DNA from: Gemmatales bacterium
Lineage (GTDB): Bacteria; Planctomycetota; Planctomycetia; Gemmatales; HRBIN36
NCBI GenBank assembly: GCA_035430005.1
Contig: DAOMFV010000002.1
Coordinates: 27,283 to 91,282, forward strand
DNA length: 64,000 nucleotides
Reading direction: 5' to 3'
Below the pieces are notes generated by a model, which was not told where the DNA came from, did no database searches, and saw nothing but the letters and a program-made list of their open reading frames with translations. Both the position numbers and the translations under genes were made by a program. Position 1 is the stretch's first letter. Each line of letters begins with the position of its first letter. Below are positions 1 to 13,277 of the stretch, piece after piece.

Positions 1-726
1 GCCACTCGGCCCTGTTTCCAGACGTTCCACCATGGCATGGGTTAACAGAGTGACGTTTTGATGTTGCAGAGCCGGTTCAATGCCACAGGTGTGAGCATCA
101 GCCTTGGCATTTACCATGCAAGGGAAGCCGTCGCAGGTATTGCAGCGAATGCAGGGGCTAGACTCGGGCTTCTTCTCGTTTAGCTGAATCCCCAGCGGCG
201 TGTGGAACGGACGCAGGCCCTGACGGACGAAATCATCCGCTAAATGCTGTAAGCGTGGTTCGTGGCTGACGGCAGGGTATGGATAGGGAGCACTGCTTCG
301 CGGTTCTGTCGGGTCTTCACCACGTTCCCCATGCACGTGATACATCTTTTCAGCCTGAGTGTAGTATGGCTCCAACTCATCGTAACTGATCGGCCAAGCT
401 GGTGAGATACCACCGTGATGACGAAGCTCGCCGAAGTCTTCCTTACGTAACCGGAAGAGCGCAGCACCATAGAACTTGGTGTTACCTCCCACGTTGTAGT
501 TGGTGTGAGGATGAAGTGGCTTGCCATCCTTATCATGCCACACTTCTTTGGTGTTGTACTTGGCTTCCAAGTTGACGATTTTGGAGTTCCAATTGTCCTT
601 CTCACGAGGCACATAGCCGCCTCGTTCGAGAATGAGTATCCGTTTACCCGTGGGAGCCAGTTTGCGTGCCAATGTGCCACCACCAGCGCCACTGCCGATG
701 ATAATGATGTCGTAGTGTTCAGGCAT
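1..726 (-). CDS. GMC family oxidoreductase (FAD-dependent), runs off the window start
   Basis: Not in ORF track; manual translation from ATG at 726 gives MPEHYDIIIIGSGAGGGTLARKLAPTGKRILILERG (GxGxxG dinucleotide-binding motif typical of GMC enzymes). Confidence 0.85.
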   Translation of the reverse strand, partial: MPEHYDIIIIGSGAGGGTLARKLAPTGKRILILERGGYVPREKDNWNSKIVNLEAKYNTKEVWHDKDGKPLHPHTNYNVGGNTKFYGAALFRLRKEDFGELRHHGGISPAWPISYDELEPYYTQAEKMYHVHGERGEDPTEPRSSAPYPYPAVSHEPRLQHLADDFVRQGLRPFHTPLGIQLNEKKPESSPCIRCNTCDGFPCMVNAKADAHTCGIEPALQHQNVTLLTHAMVERLETGPSG

Positions 727-741
727 GACAGCATCCTTGAT

Positions 742-1688
742 TTAACGTGAAGAGGATTGGAACAAGAGTGCATGACCATCACGATCTCGACAAAGCACTG
801 TTTCAGTGTTGGCCTGCAGATTGAGTGGGCCAAAACGCAGATGTCGATCCAGAGAAAGCGATGCAAGTTTGACTGGTGATTTGACACTTAGCCTTACCTG
901 CCAGTGCCAAAGATCATTGGCTTTGGTATCGACTGGTGTTGATCGACCGGTGTGTGGCGCGAGGTAATCGAGAAACTCAATGCCCGGCCCCTGGTCAGCC
1001 TTCATGGTGGTGATGCGCAACCTGGCTCCAAAGACAGCATTCAATCGTTCCTGCTCTGGCCCATAGTTTTCACTGGTACCAGCCACGCGCATCCCAACAG
1101 GAACAGCTTATTCGTAGTTTTGTGCCATTTGGCATCGCCCTTATCAGGCGGGAAGTGCAGTATCTCCAGAGGATGTCCATCGGGGTCGGCAAAGTAGAAG
1201 GCTTCAATCCCACCTGCGTTCTTATTCCAGTCCGGTAGCCGTTGAGGTGATGGCGAGAGGTGCCTAATCTTATGTTTCGTCAGCTTCTGGTAGGCTGTGT
1301 CAATGTCATTGACGATGATCGCCATATGCTGGAACCAGTGATCATTGCTAGCAGAATCAGCTGGAATGGCTCTGCCTCGTGGCGTCAGGAACTCGGTGAG
1401 CTCGATAACTTCATCGCCCAGTTTCAACTTCGCTGTGCGTGAACGAACTGCAAAAAGGCCGACACTACGTTCGTAGGCGTCGCCGAAACGTTCTTCTTCG
1501 CCCAGTTTCTCAAAGTCGAGAACCTTGGTATAGAACTCGACTGATCGATCCAGATCGCTCACCGTCATGCCGATGCTCTCGACAGCCTGCACCAATGGCT
1601 GATAGTGCTGCGGAAGGGCCTCGACTGAAATGCTTGTCAGTGAGAACAACGCCAAGCAGATCACGAACCCGGGCGCACGCCATCGCAT
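742..1688 (-). pseudogene. Secreted two-domain VOC/glyoxalase family protein, frameshifted with an apparent internal deletion
   Basis: ORFs 1041..1688 (VSDLDRSVEFY...DPDGHPLE) and 742..1092 (MRVAGTSENYGPEQERL...DRDGHAL) are the two halves in different frames; junction near 1093-1100. Confidence 0.75.
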
Positions 1689-1749
1689 ATCAGATCTCCG
1701 TCGTTGTCAGGAAAGTTAACAACTTTATGATGCGTCAAATGCTTGCCGG

Positions 1750-2562
1750 TTACGAAGCAGGCGTGTAACCGCAGAAGATGCAACGAACTTTGGGACAGTG
1801 ATAGTACTTGGCGCAGTGTTGACGTTGATGAGTTAAGCAGCGAAAGAGTAAAGCCGCTGAGAGCATGCCTAATATTGGAGCAGTGAAGTAAATCCACAGG
1901 CTGGTGTAGTTGCTGGAGACCACTGCTGATGACAGTGTCCTCGCAGGGTTCATGCTCATGCCGGACAAAGGCGCTTCGACAATGATGTAGCTTGTGACCA
2001 GGATTCCTGCGCCCACTCCCGTCCAACGACTCCACCGAGAACTGCTGACCGTAAGAACCATGCCCATCATGAATAATGAAATCAGGATCTCAGACAGGAA
2101 GGCAATCCATTCTCCAGTCTCGCCAGGCAACGTGGCAACTCCTGTGACCGGCGGTTCGGTAAACTTCTCATGAAAAAGAACACCAACGGCAAAAGTTCCA
2201 ACAATTCCGCCGATGAACTGGGCGATAATGTAGAAGAGTGCATCGCTGCTGGTGGCCTTCCCCAGGCTCCAGAACGTAATGGTGACTGCAGGGTTATTGT
2301 GAGCGCCCGACAGTCGCCCCCATGGCGAATAGATCAATCCAATGGCAGTCAAGCCCATCGCCAGGCCCATCACGATCCGCCGAGAGAACGGATCACTGAT
2401 ACTCTGATGAAGCTCTGAAGCAGGAGATTCAAGTAGTGTCCCAAATACTCCTGCTGAGAACATGAATAATCCCAGACCCAGTGCTTCGCTGGCATACTCA
2501 CGGATATGACCGACAGACATCATTCTTGGGACATCCAAATCTGTTTTGACCAGGGCCTGCAT
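1750..2562 (-). CDS. MIP/aquaporin family channel
   Basis: Two NPA motifs (SGAHNNPAVT, SMNPART) and multiple hydrophobic helices. Confidence 0.92.
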   Translation of the reverse strand: MQALVKTDLDVPRMMSVGHIREYASEALGLGLFMFSAGVFGTLLESPASELHQSISDPFSRRIVMGLAMGLTAIGLIYSPWGRLSGAHNNPAVTITFWSLGKATSSDALFYIIAQFIGGIVGTFAVGVLFHEKFTEPPVTGVATLPGETGEWIAFLSEILISLFMMGMVLTVSSSRWSRWTGVGAGILVTSYIIVEAPLSGMSMNPARTLSSAVVSSNYTSLWIYFTAPILGMLSAALLFRCLTHQRQHCAKYYHCPKVRCIFCGYTPAS

Positions 2563-2565
2563 GTT

Positions 2566-3207
2566 CTATCCGATCTGATCATCGTTGCGGATCGTTAGAT
2601 CAGCACAGGCCTGGGGATTATCCTTCTCGAAGTGCAGCCGTTGTGCTGGAAAGTAAATGGCTTCGTAATCCCGCTCAATATCTGATTCAGCCATCTGTTC
2701 CTGGTTACGGCGAATAGCCCGCCGCATGGCTGTCTTAAACGAACAGTCGATCCAGACCTTGAATTCGAATCTATCCTGGTACTGCTTCTTGAAGAGGAAG
2801 ATGCCTTCGAGCAAGAGCACATCGATCCCTTCATGATCAAATCGTAGCGAGATGTACCGCTCAGCATTGGTTGCATCACAGGCATCAATGCTGCGATGTA
2901 TACTGCGTGTTTTATGCAGTGGTAGGACAACCTCTTCCCACATCTCATCCAGTCGCAAGCCATGCTCATAGAAGTGGCTGGCTGGTTCTGTTTGCGAGAA
3001 TCTTTGGGATGGTAGCGTGACCCAGTGATCGACATTGACTAAAGCAACACGAAGGCTGTGCCTGGCTAACTCATCGGCTATTAGTTTGGAGAAGTAGCCT
3101 TTTCCCGAGGCATCTATTCCACTGATGCCGATCAATGTTGCCCGCTTAGCAGGTGTCTGTTGTCTGATGATCTGGATTCGCCGACAGAGATCATGCACCG
3201 CCTCCAT
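2566..3207 (-). CDS. Uridine kinase-like P-loop protein
   Basis: GISGIDASGKG Walker A-like motif, LLEGIFL segment. Confidence 0.75.
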   Translation of the reverse strand: MEAVHDLCRRIQIIRQQTPAKRATLIGISGIDASGKGYFSKLIADELARHSLRVALVNVDHWVTLPSQRFSQTEPASHFYEHGLRLDEMWEEVVLPLHKTRSIHRSIDACDATNAERYISLRFDHEGIDVLLLEGIFLFKKQYQDRFEFKVWIDCSFKTAMRRAIRRNQEQMAESDIERDYEAIYFPAQRLHFEKDNPQACADLTIRNDDQIG

Positions 3208-3209
3208 GA

Positions 3210-4070
3210 TTAACCCCCTGCTTCAAAGCCAGGGTAAAGCGTCATACCACCATCGACGAACAGGCTGGTACCATGCACATAGTCGGCATCATCGCTCGCC
3301 AGCCAGACAGCGGCACGACCGATATCGTCAACTTCGCCGATCCGCTTGTACGGGATTAGCTTCATCAGACCCTGGTAGGCTTCCGGGGTTTCCCATGCTT
3401 CCCGGTTGATTGGAGTACGAATGGCTCCAGGGGCGATGCTGTTGACCCGAATGCGGTATGGAGCAACTTCCTGGGCAATGCTCTTCATCATCAGCATCAC
3501 ACCACCCTTGGAGGCGGCGTAGTTGACGTGCCCGGCCCAGGGAATCACTTCATGAACGGAGGAAATGCAGAGAATCTTGCCAGCTGCACAAGAGACATCA
3601 GGTTTGACGCCCCTTCGTTTGAACTCACGTACCGCTTCACGGGAACAGAGGAATTGGCCCGTCAGATTGACGTTAATGACCGTGTTCCACTGTTGCAGTG
3701 TCATCTGCTCAAACGGTGCATCCTGCTGCAGGCCGGCATTGTTGACCAGGATGTCGATGGTGCCAAACTCCTGGTACATGCGTTTGAACATCGCCTGCAC
3801 CTGGTCTTCGTGCGAGACATCGGCCTGGTAAGCATAAACCCTGCTGCCACATCGCATGGCTTCTCGCACTACCTCCTCCGCACTTTCAGGATTGGAGCGA
3901 TAGTTGACCACGACATCCGCTCCGGCATGAGCCAGGGCGATGGCAATGCCTTTGCCGATACCTGAGTTCGCACCGGTGACGAGGGCCTTCTGCCCTTTAA
4001 GCACCTTGCGGATCGGGCAGGCAGGCATGACCACTTCCGGTAACGATTCCAATGTGTCTATGATGTTCAT
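3210..4070 (-). CDS. SDR oxidoreductase, glucose 1-dehydrogenase-like
   Basis: TGANSGIG, NNAG and YAASKGG motifs; SSVHEVIPW. Confidence 0.9.
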   Translation of the reverse strand: MNIIDTLESLPEVVMPACPIRKVLKGQKALVTGANSGIGKGIAIALAHAGADVVVNYRSNPESAEEVVREAMRCGSRVYAYQADVSHEDQVQAMFKRMYQEFGTIDILVNNAGLQQDAPFEQMTLQQWNTVINVNLTGQFLCSREAVREFKRRGVKPDVSCAAGKILCISSVHEVIPWAGHVNYAASKGGVMLMMKSIAQEVAPYRIRVNSIAPGAIRTPINREAWETPEAYQGLMKLIPYKRIGEVDDIGRAAVWLASDDADYVHGTSLFVDGGMTLYPGFEAGG

Positions 4071-4085
4071 TGCTAGACTGCTCCG

Positions 4086-4235
4086 CTAAGAGTGATGGTC
4101 GTTGTTAGGCTTTACAACTGGTTGCTCCAGTAGGGCAAGTCGCTGTTCGAGATGTTTCAACCTGTTCATCGCTGCTGCCGACAAGGCAAAGCCGAACAGT
4201 CCGATTACGCTCAGTGCCAGGGCACTTTCAATCAT
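4086..4235 (-). CDS. Small (49 aa) single-helix membrane protein
   Basis: Manual translation MIESALALSVIGLFGFALSAAAMNRLKHLEQRLALLEQP...; GGAG upstream; fills the gap in the operon. Confidence 0.55.
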   Translation of the reverse strand: MIESALALSVIGLFGFALSAAAMNRLKHLEQRLALLEQPVVKPNNDHHS

Positions 4236-4259
4236 GATCAGAATCTCCACTGGGGGTTT

Positions 4260-6977
<2,718 letters not shown>

Positions 6978-6979
6978 GA

Positions 6980-7234
6980 TTAGTAGTTCTTCACTTGGAT
7001 GCTGTCATGGATGGTCAAATGTTGCCTGTCGATACACATCATCAACCCTTCCAGTGCCAGTTGCTTCACGTAGTACGATGGGGCAATGCCCTGTATGCGA
7101 ATCGCATTCTGCTGCAGCTTCAAAGACAAATCGCTCAAGCGTTGATGAGTCCGCTGCAACACAAGTCTGCTCCATTGCTGGAGAAGTTCTGCAGTCGATT
7201 CGTTTGCGACAGCGTGGTCCGGCAGAATGGTCAT
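6980..7234 (-). CDS. Hypothetical protein
   Basis: 84-aa ORF tightly packed in the operon with AAGGAGG RBS. Confidence 0.6.
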   Translation of the reverse strand: MTILPDHAVANESTAELLQQWSRLVLQRTHQRLSDLSLKLQQNAIRIQGIAPSYYVKQLALEGLMMCIDRQHLTIHDSIQVKNY

Positions 7235-7244
7235 GATGCCTCCT

Positions 7245-9155
7245 TTAGGGAGTAGTTGTTTCAGTTAAAGCCAGTTGATCAAGTCTGATCAGCTCACTCA
7301 GTGACCAGGCCTGGAAAGGGCAGCCACGAGGTTGATGGGGCGGCTGGGCATCAGCGATTTCACTGATATGTCCCAGGCCCGCACACTTGAGATGCTCCAT
7401 CAAGGGTGAGAGATACTTCTGTCGCGCCATTTTCCTGGCTTCTTCCGTGTTCCCGTGAACACGCACCCAAGCTTCCACGAACGGCCCTATCAACCAGGGC
7501 CAGACCGTTCCCTGGTGATAACCACCATCTCTTTCCAAGACGCCGCCTTCATATCGAGGGACATAGTGTGGATCATTGGGGGCAAGGCTACGCAGGCCCA
7601 GTGGTGTCAGTAGATGTTCTTCAACCGTTGCCACGATTTTCCTGGCACGTTCGCCAGTGATGATTGGCAACGGCAAACCACCCACAGCAAGGATTTGATT
7701 GGGACGCAGGCTGCCATCAACTTGACCTGACTGGTGTTTGACATCGATCACATCGTAGAGACACTGCTTCTGTTCATTCCAGTAACGATCTGAAAAAGAT
7801 CTCATCCCACGTTCAAAGTGCTGGAGCCAACGCGGATTGAATTGGCCGACAAACCACAGGGCATTGAGCCACAGTGCATTTACCTCTACCGGCTTGCCTA
7901 TGCGGGGAGTGACGACCCAGTCGCCTACTTTGGCATCCATCCAGGTTAATTGCACGCCAGATTCACCAGCAGCGAGCAAACCGTCCTGATCCATACGGAT
8001 GCCATGCCGAGTACCCTTGCTGTAACCGGTGAGGATTTGTTCAACGGCTTGCAGCAGAGTTGCCCGTTCCTGGGCAGTTGGCCTAACCGCCTGGAAGTAA
8101 TCACGGATGGCGATGATGTACCAGAGCGATGCATCGACTGAGTTGTATTCGAGAGCTTCGCCATTATCAGGGAATCGATTGGGTAGCATGCCCTCAGACA
8201 CGCAGCCTGCCCAAGAAAGTAGGATGTTGCGGGCATCATCGTAACGCTTGGTAGCCAGACACAGGCCTCGCAGGGCAATGAATGTGTCCCTGCCCCAATC
8301 GGTGAACCAGGGATAGCCGGCAATAATCGTCTTGCCTTGGCCACGTTGCACGATGTATGCATCTGCAGCACGGTGTAAGGGCGTAGCAAAAGCCGAACGT
8401 CGAGCGAGTTCATGCTTATTGAGTGTGGCGTAATCTAGAGAGGCCGAGTCGCCGGCAGCAAAGATCAAAGTAGCTTCCATCCCTGGCTTCAGTTGCCAAC
8501 TCCACTCACCCGGTGCAGCCAGGTCTTCCAGATAGTCAAGGCCTCTCGCCTTTTTTTCTGAGTAGCTGAATTGACGATACCAGAGTGGGTCGTGTCGATA
8601 CTGTCCATTGCTTTCGGCAGCGATGCCGGGCACATCAGGGTACGGCAGCCAGCGACATAGGCTGCCCTGTTGCACTGGCTCAAATCGAAACGATGGGTTC
8701 TCATGATGGAGGGAGTGGTAGTCCCGTACGGAGAAGAACGGCCGAACGATAAGACGGACTTGGGAGTGAGGGTGCTCGATGACTTGCCAGCGGAGAGCTA
8801 ACACAGACAATCCATGTGGGACGAAAAGATCGTGCTGGATGACAGTGCCATCGGGCAGACGATAGATCCAGGTAGGCCAGGGATCATTAGTGAAGCTCTC
8901 GATTTGTCGCATGCCATCAGGCGAATCGTGGTCCGGTGCATAGTGTTGAGTTGTGAGTGGAAAGCTTCCATGGGGTGTCTCTACCCAGGCATCGAAACCA
9001 TTCACCAGAATCACTCGTCCCGTGGGAGGCGTGGTAGCAGTCATCAGGAGAGCGTGATACCGCCGAGTGCGAACACTAGCAGAAGTACCTGAAGCGAAGC
9101 CACCCCGTCCATCGGTTTCCAGCCACTCAGTCTGGCGATCAATTGACAGTGTCAT
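7245..9155 (-). CDS. Glycogen debranching enzyme-like (amylo-alpha-1,6-glucosidase family)
   Basis: EWLETDGRGGFA, IAGYPWFTDWGRDT, QLTWMDAK, YHQGTVWPWL, GCPFQAWS. Confidence 0.92.
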   Translation of the reverse strand: MTLSIDRQTEWLETDGRGGFASGTSASVRTRRYHALLMTATTPPTGRVILVNGFDAWVETPHGSFPLTTQHYAPDHDSPDGMRQIESFTNDPWPTWIYRLPDGTVIQHDLFVPHGLSVLALRWQVIEHPHSQVRLIVRPFFSVRDYHSLHHENPSFRFEPVQQGSLCRWLPYPDVPGIAAESNGQYRHDPLWYRQFSYSEKKARGLDYLEDLAAPGEWSWQLKPGMEATLIFAAGDSASLDYATLNKHELARRSAFATPLHRAADAYIVQRGQGKTIIAGYPWFTDWGRDTFIALRGLCLATKRYDDARNILLSWAGCVSEGMLPNRFPDNGEALEYNSVDASLWYIIAIRDYFQAVRPTAQERATLLQAVEQILTGYSKGTRHGIRMDQDGLLAAGESGVQLTWMDAKVGDWVVTPRIGKPVEVNALWLNALWFVGQFNPRWLQHFERGMRSFSDRYWNEQKQCLYDVIDVKHQSGQVDGSLRPNQILAVGGLPLPIITGERARKIVATVEEHLLTPLGLRSLAPNDPHYVPRYEGGVLERDGGYHQGTVWPWLIGPFVEAWVRVHGNTEEARKMARQKYLSPLMEHLKCAGLGHISEIADAQPPHQPRGCPFQAWSLSELIRLDQLALTETTTP

Positions 9156-9164
9156 GGGTGCTCC

Positions 9165-10865
9165 TCAATCGCCTAGCGCAAGATTGCGAGTGGTTCGGTA
9201 GTAGGTAAACACAGTTCGAAGAAGTGCAGTGATTCCTGGCGGCTTCGTGCCATGCTGAGCATTGGCGTGCCCAATGGCATACAAAAGCGACCATTGCCGG
9301 CACAAGGTCTGGTAGGCCTGCAGGAGTGATCTGCTTGGATCATAGATGTTTGTTGATTCCGAAGTGACGCCGTTGAGTTCGACGATGGCCAAGTCATCGC
9401 CACGCATGAATGCTTCAACGGAGGAATATCGCACATCAAAACGGCCAATGAAGAATCCATTGAAGTGTTTGGCGATGGCATCAACCCGACGTTCCAGCTC
9501 TGGCGTGATCAATGAAGCACCGTCTAGAAACAGCGTCCCCTGGCAATGATTGCCTGCAACAGCAAGGGAAAACTGTTCCTTTGCATGAAGCACACGATCA
9601 GCTTCCCGAGTATGACGCTCCAGAAAGCGTCCAGCCTGCATGCGGTAGCGGGGATGCTTCCAGATCAATTCACGCAGTGTGGACTTTCCATCGCCGATGA
9701 TCACAGGGAAACGCTTATCAGTAATCGAAAAGATGTGACCCTGGGTTTCATCTGGATGCCGATAGTAAAAGATGCCAGCTTCGTAGGGTCCTGGATGATA
9801 GGGCTGCAAGATGCAGTCGCCAGGGTAATTCATCAGGTAGCTAGCGAGTTCATCCTGAGTGTTTACTTTCTTAAGGCCCTCGCCACGTTGCCCAGCATCG
9901 GGCTTGGCGATGATGGGGAAAGACCAACCTGTTTCGTCTAGTATCCGTTGCAATTGATCGATTCGTTCTTGAATGATGCCGGATGCAATCAGGCGAGAGG
10001 CAATAATCCAAGGCTCAGGCAAATGGGCCAGGATGGTTGATTTCGATTCACCGATCACTCCGCCCAGAGGTATTCCCGGGTTGGCTGTCGTCCAAATCGT
10101 GCAACTGCGGTACCGAATGGATAGCCAAGCCAGGTAGGGAATCAACGGCATGTAGAAGAGCCAACTGGGCCAGAACTCCCAGCGCCAGAACCGAGCGATT
10201 GAAGAACTGATTCGATAACGGAACAGCGGCTTTGCCAGTTGTGGAATGAGGCGAACTAGAAGATAACAGCCCGACCCCAAGATGACCAACGGCCAGTAGA
10301 CACCCCCGAACCAGTGCTCGAGTGATTCAGTAAACGTGGAATTAAGCAGCACCACCATGCCAATCAGAAACGGTGTCCAGAGCACAGTACCTAGCAGCGT
10401 CCACCAGACCATCGTGCGGAATGGGAAACGAACTAAGCCGGCACCGAGATACACAGGTAGTCTGCTCCCCGGAATGAACCGGGCCATGAGAATAGCCAGA
10501 CCACCTCGTTCATTAACCCACGATTGACTCTTCTTCCAAAACGGGCTCTGACTTAACGCAGGCCAGCGTAGCAACCCCAAAGAGATACTGGTACCGGTCA
10601 GCCACAAAAACAAATCACTGACGAAAATACCGATGCCGCACCCCAGTAGCGCCGTGGCCCAACTAATTCTCTCAATCGAGACCAGAACGCCGGCCAGGAT
10701 GCAGGTGGCATCTTCCGAGATAAATGTCGCTAGTGCCAGGCCCACTCCTTCTCGCCAAGAGGGTAGAAGCGCCAGAGGCAGACAAGCCAAGGGTACAAGG
10801 AGTAGAAGCAGCCTGGCATCGAACGGTTTACGCTGATTCAGGAGGCCTGGCGAAACGGAAGACAT
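9165..10865 (-). CDS. DedA/VTT membrane domain fused to an ATP-grasp-like (carboxylate-amine ligase) domain
   Basis: SEDATC and ARFIPGSR (VTT); FPIIAKPDAGQRG, GRFDVRY, ELNGVTSE (ATP-grasp). Confidence 0.8.
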   Translation of the reverse strand: MSSVSPGLLNQRKPFDARLLLLLVPLACLPLALLPSWREGVGLALATFISEDATCILAGVLVSIERISWATALLGCGIGIFVSDLFLWLTGTSISLGLLRWPALSQSPFWKKSQSWVNERGGLAILMARFIPGSRLPVYLGAGLVRFPFRTMVWWTLLGTVLWTPFLIGMVVLLNSTFTESLEHWFGGVYWPLVILGSGCYLLVRLIPQLAKPLFRYRISSSIARFWRWEFWPSWLFYMPLIPYLAWLSIRYRSCTIWTTANPGIPLGGVIGESKSTILAHLPEPWIIASRLIASGIIQERIDQLQRILDETGWSFPIIAKPDAGQRGEGLKKVNTQDELASYLMNYPGDCILQPYHPGPYEAGIFYYRHPDETQGHIFSITDKRFPVIIGDGKSTLRELIWKHPRYRMQAGRFLERHTREADRVLHAKEQFSLAVAGNHCQGTLFLDGASLITPELERRVDAIAKHFNGFFIGRFDVRYSSVEAFMRGDDLAIVELNGVTSESTNIYDPSRSLLQAYQTLCRQWSLLYAIGHANAQHGTKPPGITALLRTVFTYYRTTRNLALGD

Positions 10866-11602
10866 GAAGCACGCTCGTTTGTGAGTTCAAGTGTGTGCAG
10901 GGAGACGGGGAATAGCTGTGATTGGCTACAGGTTTGATAAGTCATCGTTGCCAGTTGTGGTGTCAATGCTACTTCCGTAACACTGACGGTTGCAGCATCA
11001 GGTCGATCCATCAGTACGCTCAACTCCGGATGCTCAACCCAGCGATGACGGTGGAACGCATTCTGTTGTGCTTCAGGAAACGCCTTGGTATCCAACATCA
11101 ACTGAAACAAATTGCGACGCAGCGGATCAACCAGGTGATCGCCTAACCCCGACGACGTAAACATCAGAGGATTTACGAGTGGGTACTGGAGTACGATGAG
11201 TCGATTGTTGGCGTTGAGTAATTCAGCAATCTCGTAGCCATCGGTCATGACGAGGCGAAAGGGAGCAAAGACGCTTGTCTTGAGACATCGCATCGCTCCT
11301 ATGGCAGTATCGATGCTATTTGCTGACTGAAGCGAAGGAATGATCGACCCTCGGCTCCGTCTGTTATTTGTCCTCTCACTATCAATTACCGGCGTTCGAT
11401 TGAGCAGGACACAGAGTAAACCGGTCTGATTGACAGCTATCCAGGTTCCACCGGAATCGGGATCAAGCGGAGCAAGGTAATCAACGCCACCAACAGAATA
11501 GTGTCGAGGCGGCAATGCCAATGCCCGGCTCCGCTGTTCGTCACGATTGCAAACCAGTCGTGTCACACCTGGTTTGAGGGGAAGAATGGTTACCGTACAC
11601 AC
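10838..11602 (-). CDS. NRDE (TANGO2-like) family protein
   Basis: N-terminal MCT, CNRDE, GGTWIAVN, SRG motifs. Confidence 0.85.
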   Translation of the reverse strand: MCTVTILPLKPGVTRLVCNRDEQRSRALALPPRHYSVGGVDYLAPLDPDSGGTWIAVNQTGLLCVLLNRTPVIDSERTNNRRSRGSIIPSLQSANSIDTAIGAMRCLKTSVFAPFRLVMTDGYEIAELLNANNRLIVLQYPLVNPLMFTSSGLGDHLVDPLRRNLFQLMLDTKAFPEAQQNAFHRHRWVEHPELSVLMDRPDAATVSVTEVALTPQLATMTYQTCSQSQLFPVSLHTLELTNERASCLPFRQAS

Positions 11603-12174
11603 TGCCGTTTCTCCTGGTGTGCGATGGTTGCAGGGGCATAACCAAACCGTGCCGGCAAACTGATGCCCAGGGTCTTGGCCATCACTCCGATGATGGCGTT
11701 GTGATGTATGGTGTGACTCAAGACAAAAGCCAGTTCACGAGCAACGGTCGTCTCCAGATGCATCGGTGGGGCATTTGCATCAATCATGGCGCTCAGCCGT
11801 AGAGATTGCGAAAGATCATCCTCAGTGAGATTGAGCACCTCACGTTGCAAACGGCGAATCGACTGAAGCGCAGCAAGCCTGCTGGTTTCGACCGATGTGC
11901 CCCGTTCTCGGTGATCGTAATTGAGCACGCCTGTCTCGATCGAAGCCAGCAGCGATTCGAGATGATCCAGGTTGTGTCGGAAATGCCCACCCAGGCTGGA
12001 CGTCACTACTCCTACGGGAGCCTGCACATATTCAGCATCGCTGGTGTGCAGGAGGAGATCAGCCAACTGCTCGAAGACAGCAACTATGGATGAAGCAATC
12101 ACTGGATGCTCATGCCCCTCAGCTTCCCAGCGGGTACGTTTAGGCATGCTCATCAATGTGGCGAGTGCTGTCAT
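11590..12174 (-). CDS. DinB family protein
   Basis: GGHFRHNLDH ... SHTIHH metal-binding His residues. Confidence 0.85.
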   Translation of the reverse strand: MTALATLMSMPKRTRWEAEGHEHPVIASSIVAVFEQLADLLLHTSDAEYVQAPVGVVTSSLGGHFRHNLDHLESLLASIETGVLNYDHRERGTSVETSRLAALQSIRRLQREVLNLTEDDLSQSLRLSAMIDANAPPMHLETTVARELAFVLSHTIHHNAIIGVMAKTLGISLPARFGYAPATIAHQEKRQCVR

Positions 12175-12211
12175 AGAGAGGCTCTTTGCAGAATGAAAAC
12201 AACATCTCTAC

Positions 12212-12236
12212 GATGCAGCCTGTTGGAAGTGGTTAC
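12212..12236 (-). promoter_or_regulatory. Putative ECF sigma promoter GTAACC-N14-GCATC driving the dinB operon
   Basis: Same motif and spacing found four times, each upstream of an operon start. Confidence 0.65.
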
Positions 12237-12261
12237 GCATTCGTACCAGTTTGCACATGAT

Positions 12262-12286
12262 GTAACCACTACCGGTAGTTGGCATC
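12262..12286 (+). promoter_or_regulatory. Putative ECF sigma promoter GTAACC-N14-GCATC driving the SDR operon
   Basis: gtaacc actaccggtagttg gcatc, 30 nt before ATG 12316. Confidence 0.65.
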
Positions 12287-12315
12287 CAAGCGTTATCTAG
12301 TTCACGAAGGGCAAC

Positions 12316-13065
12316 ATGAAAACTACACGAGTAGCCTTGATCACCGGCAGCGGTAAACGACGAGTCGGTTCGGTTGTCGCTGAATCACTGGCCAAGCAGG
12401 GATATGACATCGCTGTCCACTATCGCAGCTCTGCTCAGGAAGCTGAGGAGACAATTGGTCTACTTCGTCGGCATGGAGTACAGGCTCATGCCTTCCAGGC
12501 AGACTTGACTCAAGAAGAAGCAGTCCATGCCATGATGGCTGCTATCCTGAAGCGATTTGGCAGAATCGATGTGCTTGTCAACGCCGCTGCGGCCTGGAAA
12601 AGCAAGCCGCTAGAAGCTGTGACTGCCACTGACGTTCGCAACTACTTTGAGACTAACACGCTCGGAACCTTCCTGTGTAGTCAACAGGCAGGGCTTGCCA
12701 TGGTGAAGCAATCGACAGGCGGTTCGATCATCCTCATTGGCGACTGGGCCTGTGAGCGACCTTACTTGAACTATGCTGCGTACTTCCCATCAAAAGGGGC
12801 TATTCCGACTCTGACAAGAACGCTGGCAGTAGAACTGGGAACCAGGAACCCGGCTATTCGAGTGAACTGCATCTTGCCAGGCCCGGTCATGCTTCCGCCT
12901 GATTTGCCCCAGGCTGAGAAGGACGAAGCTATCAATGCCACGCTGGTGAAACGGGAAGGTCAGCCTGAAAACATTGCCCAGGCTGTCTCTTTCCTGATTG
13001 ACAATGATTTCGTCACGGGCGTGTGCCTGCCTGTCGATGGAGGAAGGACGATTTACGCGCCATGA
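12316..13065 (+). CDS. SDR oxidoreductase, pteridine reductase-like
   Basis: TGSGKRRVG, VHYRSS, YFPSKG, VDGGR. Confidence 0.82.
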   Translation: MKTTRVALITGSGKRRVGSVVAESLAKQGYDIAVHYRSSAQEAEETIGLLRRHGVQAHAFQADLTQEEAVHAMMAAILKRFGRIDVLVNAAAAWKSKPLEAVTATDVRNYFETNTLGTFLCSQQAGLAMVKQSTGGSIILIGDWACERPYLNYAAYFPSKGAIPTLTRTLAVELGTRNPAIRVNCILPGPVMLPPDLPQAEKDEAINATLVKREGQPENIAQAVSFLIDNDFVTGVCLPVDGGRTIYAP

Positions 13066-13277
13066 TCATTGCATCAGTTATCTTGCTGTTGATTGGTTTG
13101 TATTTGGGAGTCGGCCTGCTCTTTGGCCTGACATTTATCACCTGGGGTTTGGAACGTTTGGATCATGCCTGTAAAGGCACCTCCTGGCTTTTCCGTTTCC
13201 TGTTACTACCCGGCTCCATCGCTTTGTGGCCCTGGCTGGCACATCGCTGGATGCAGATGAAGGATGTAACATCATGA
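13062..13277 (+). CDS. Small membrane protein
   Basis: ATGA overlap with upstream stop; two hydrophobic segments, FRFLLLPGSIALWP. Confidence 0.65.
   Translation: MIIASVILLLIGLYLGVGLLFGLTFITWGLERLDHACKGTSWLFRFLLLPGSIALWPWLAHRWMQMKDVTS

Noticed and set aside
240..887. 215-aa minus-strand ORF from the track
   Set aside because: Alternative frame overlapping the GMC oxidoreductase that starts at 726
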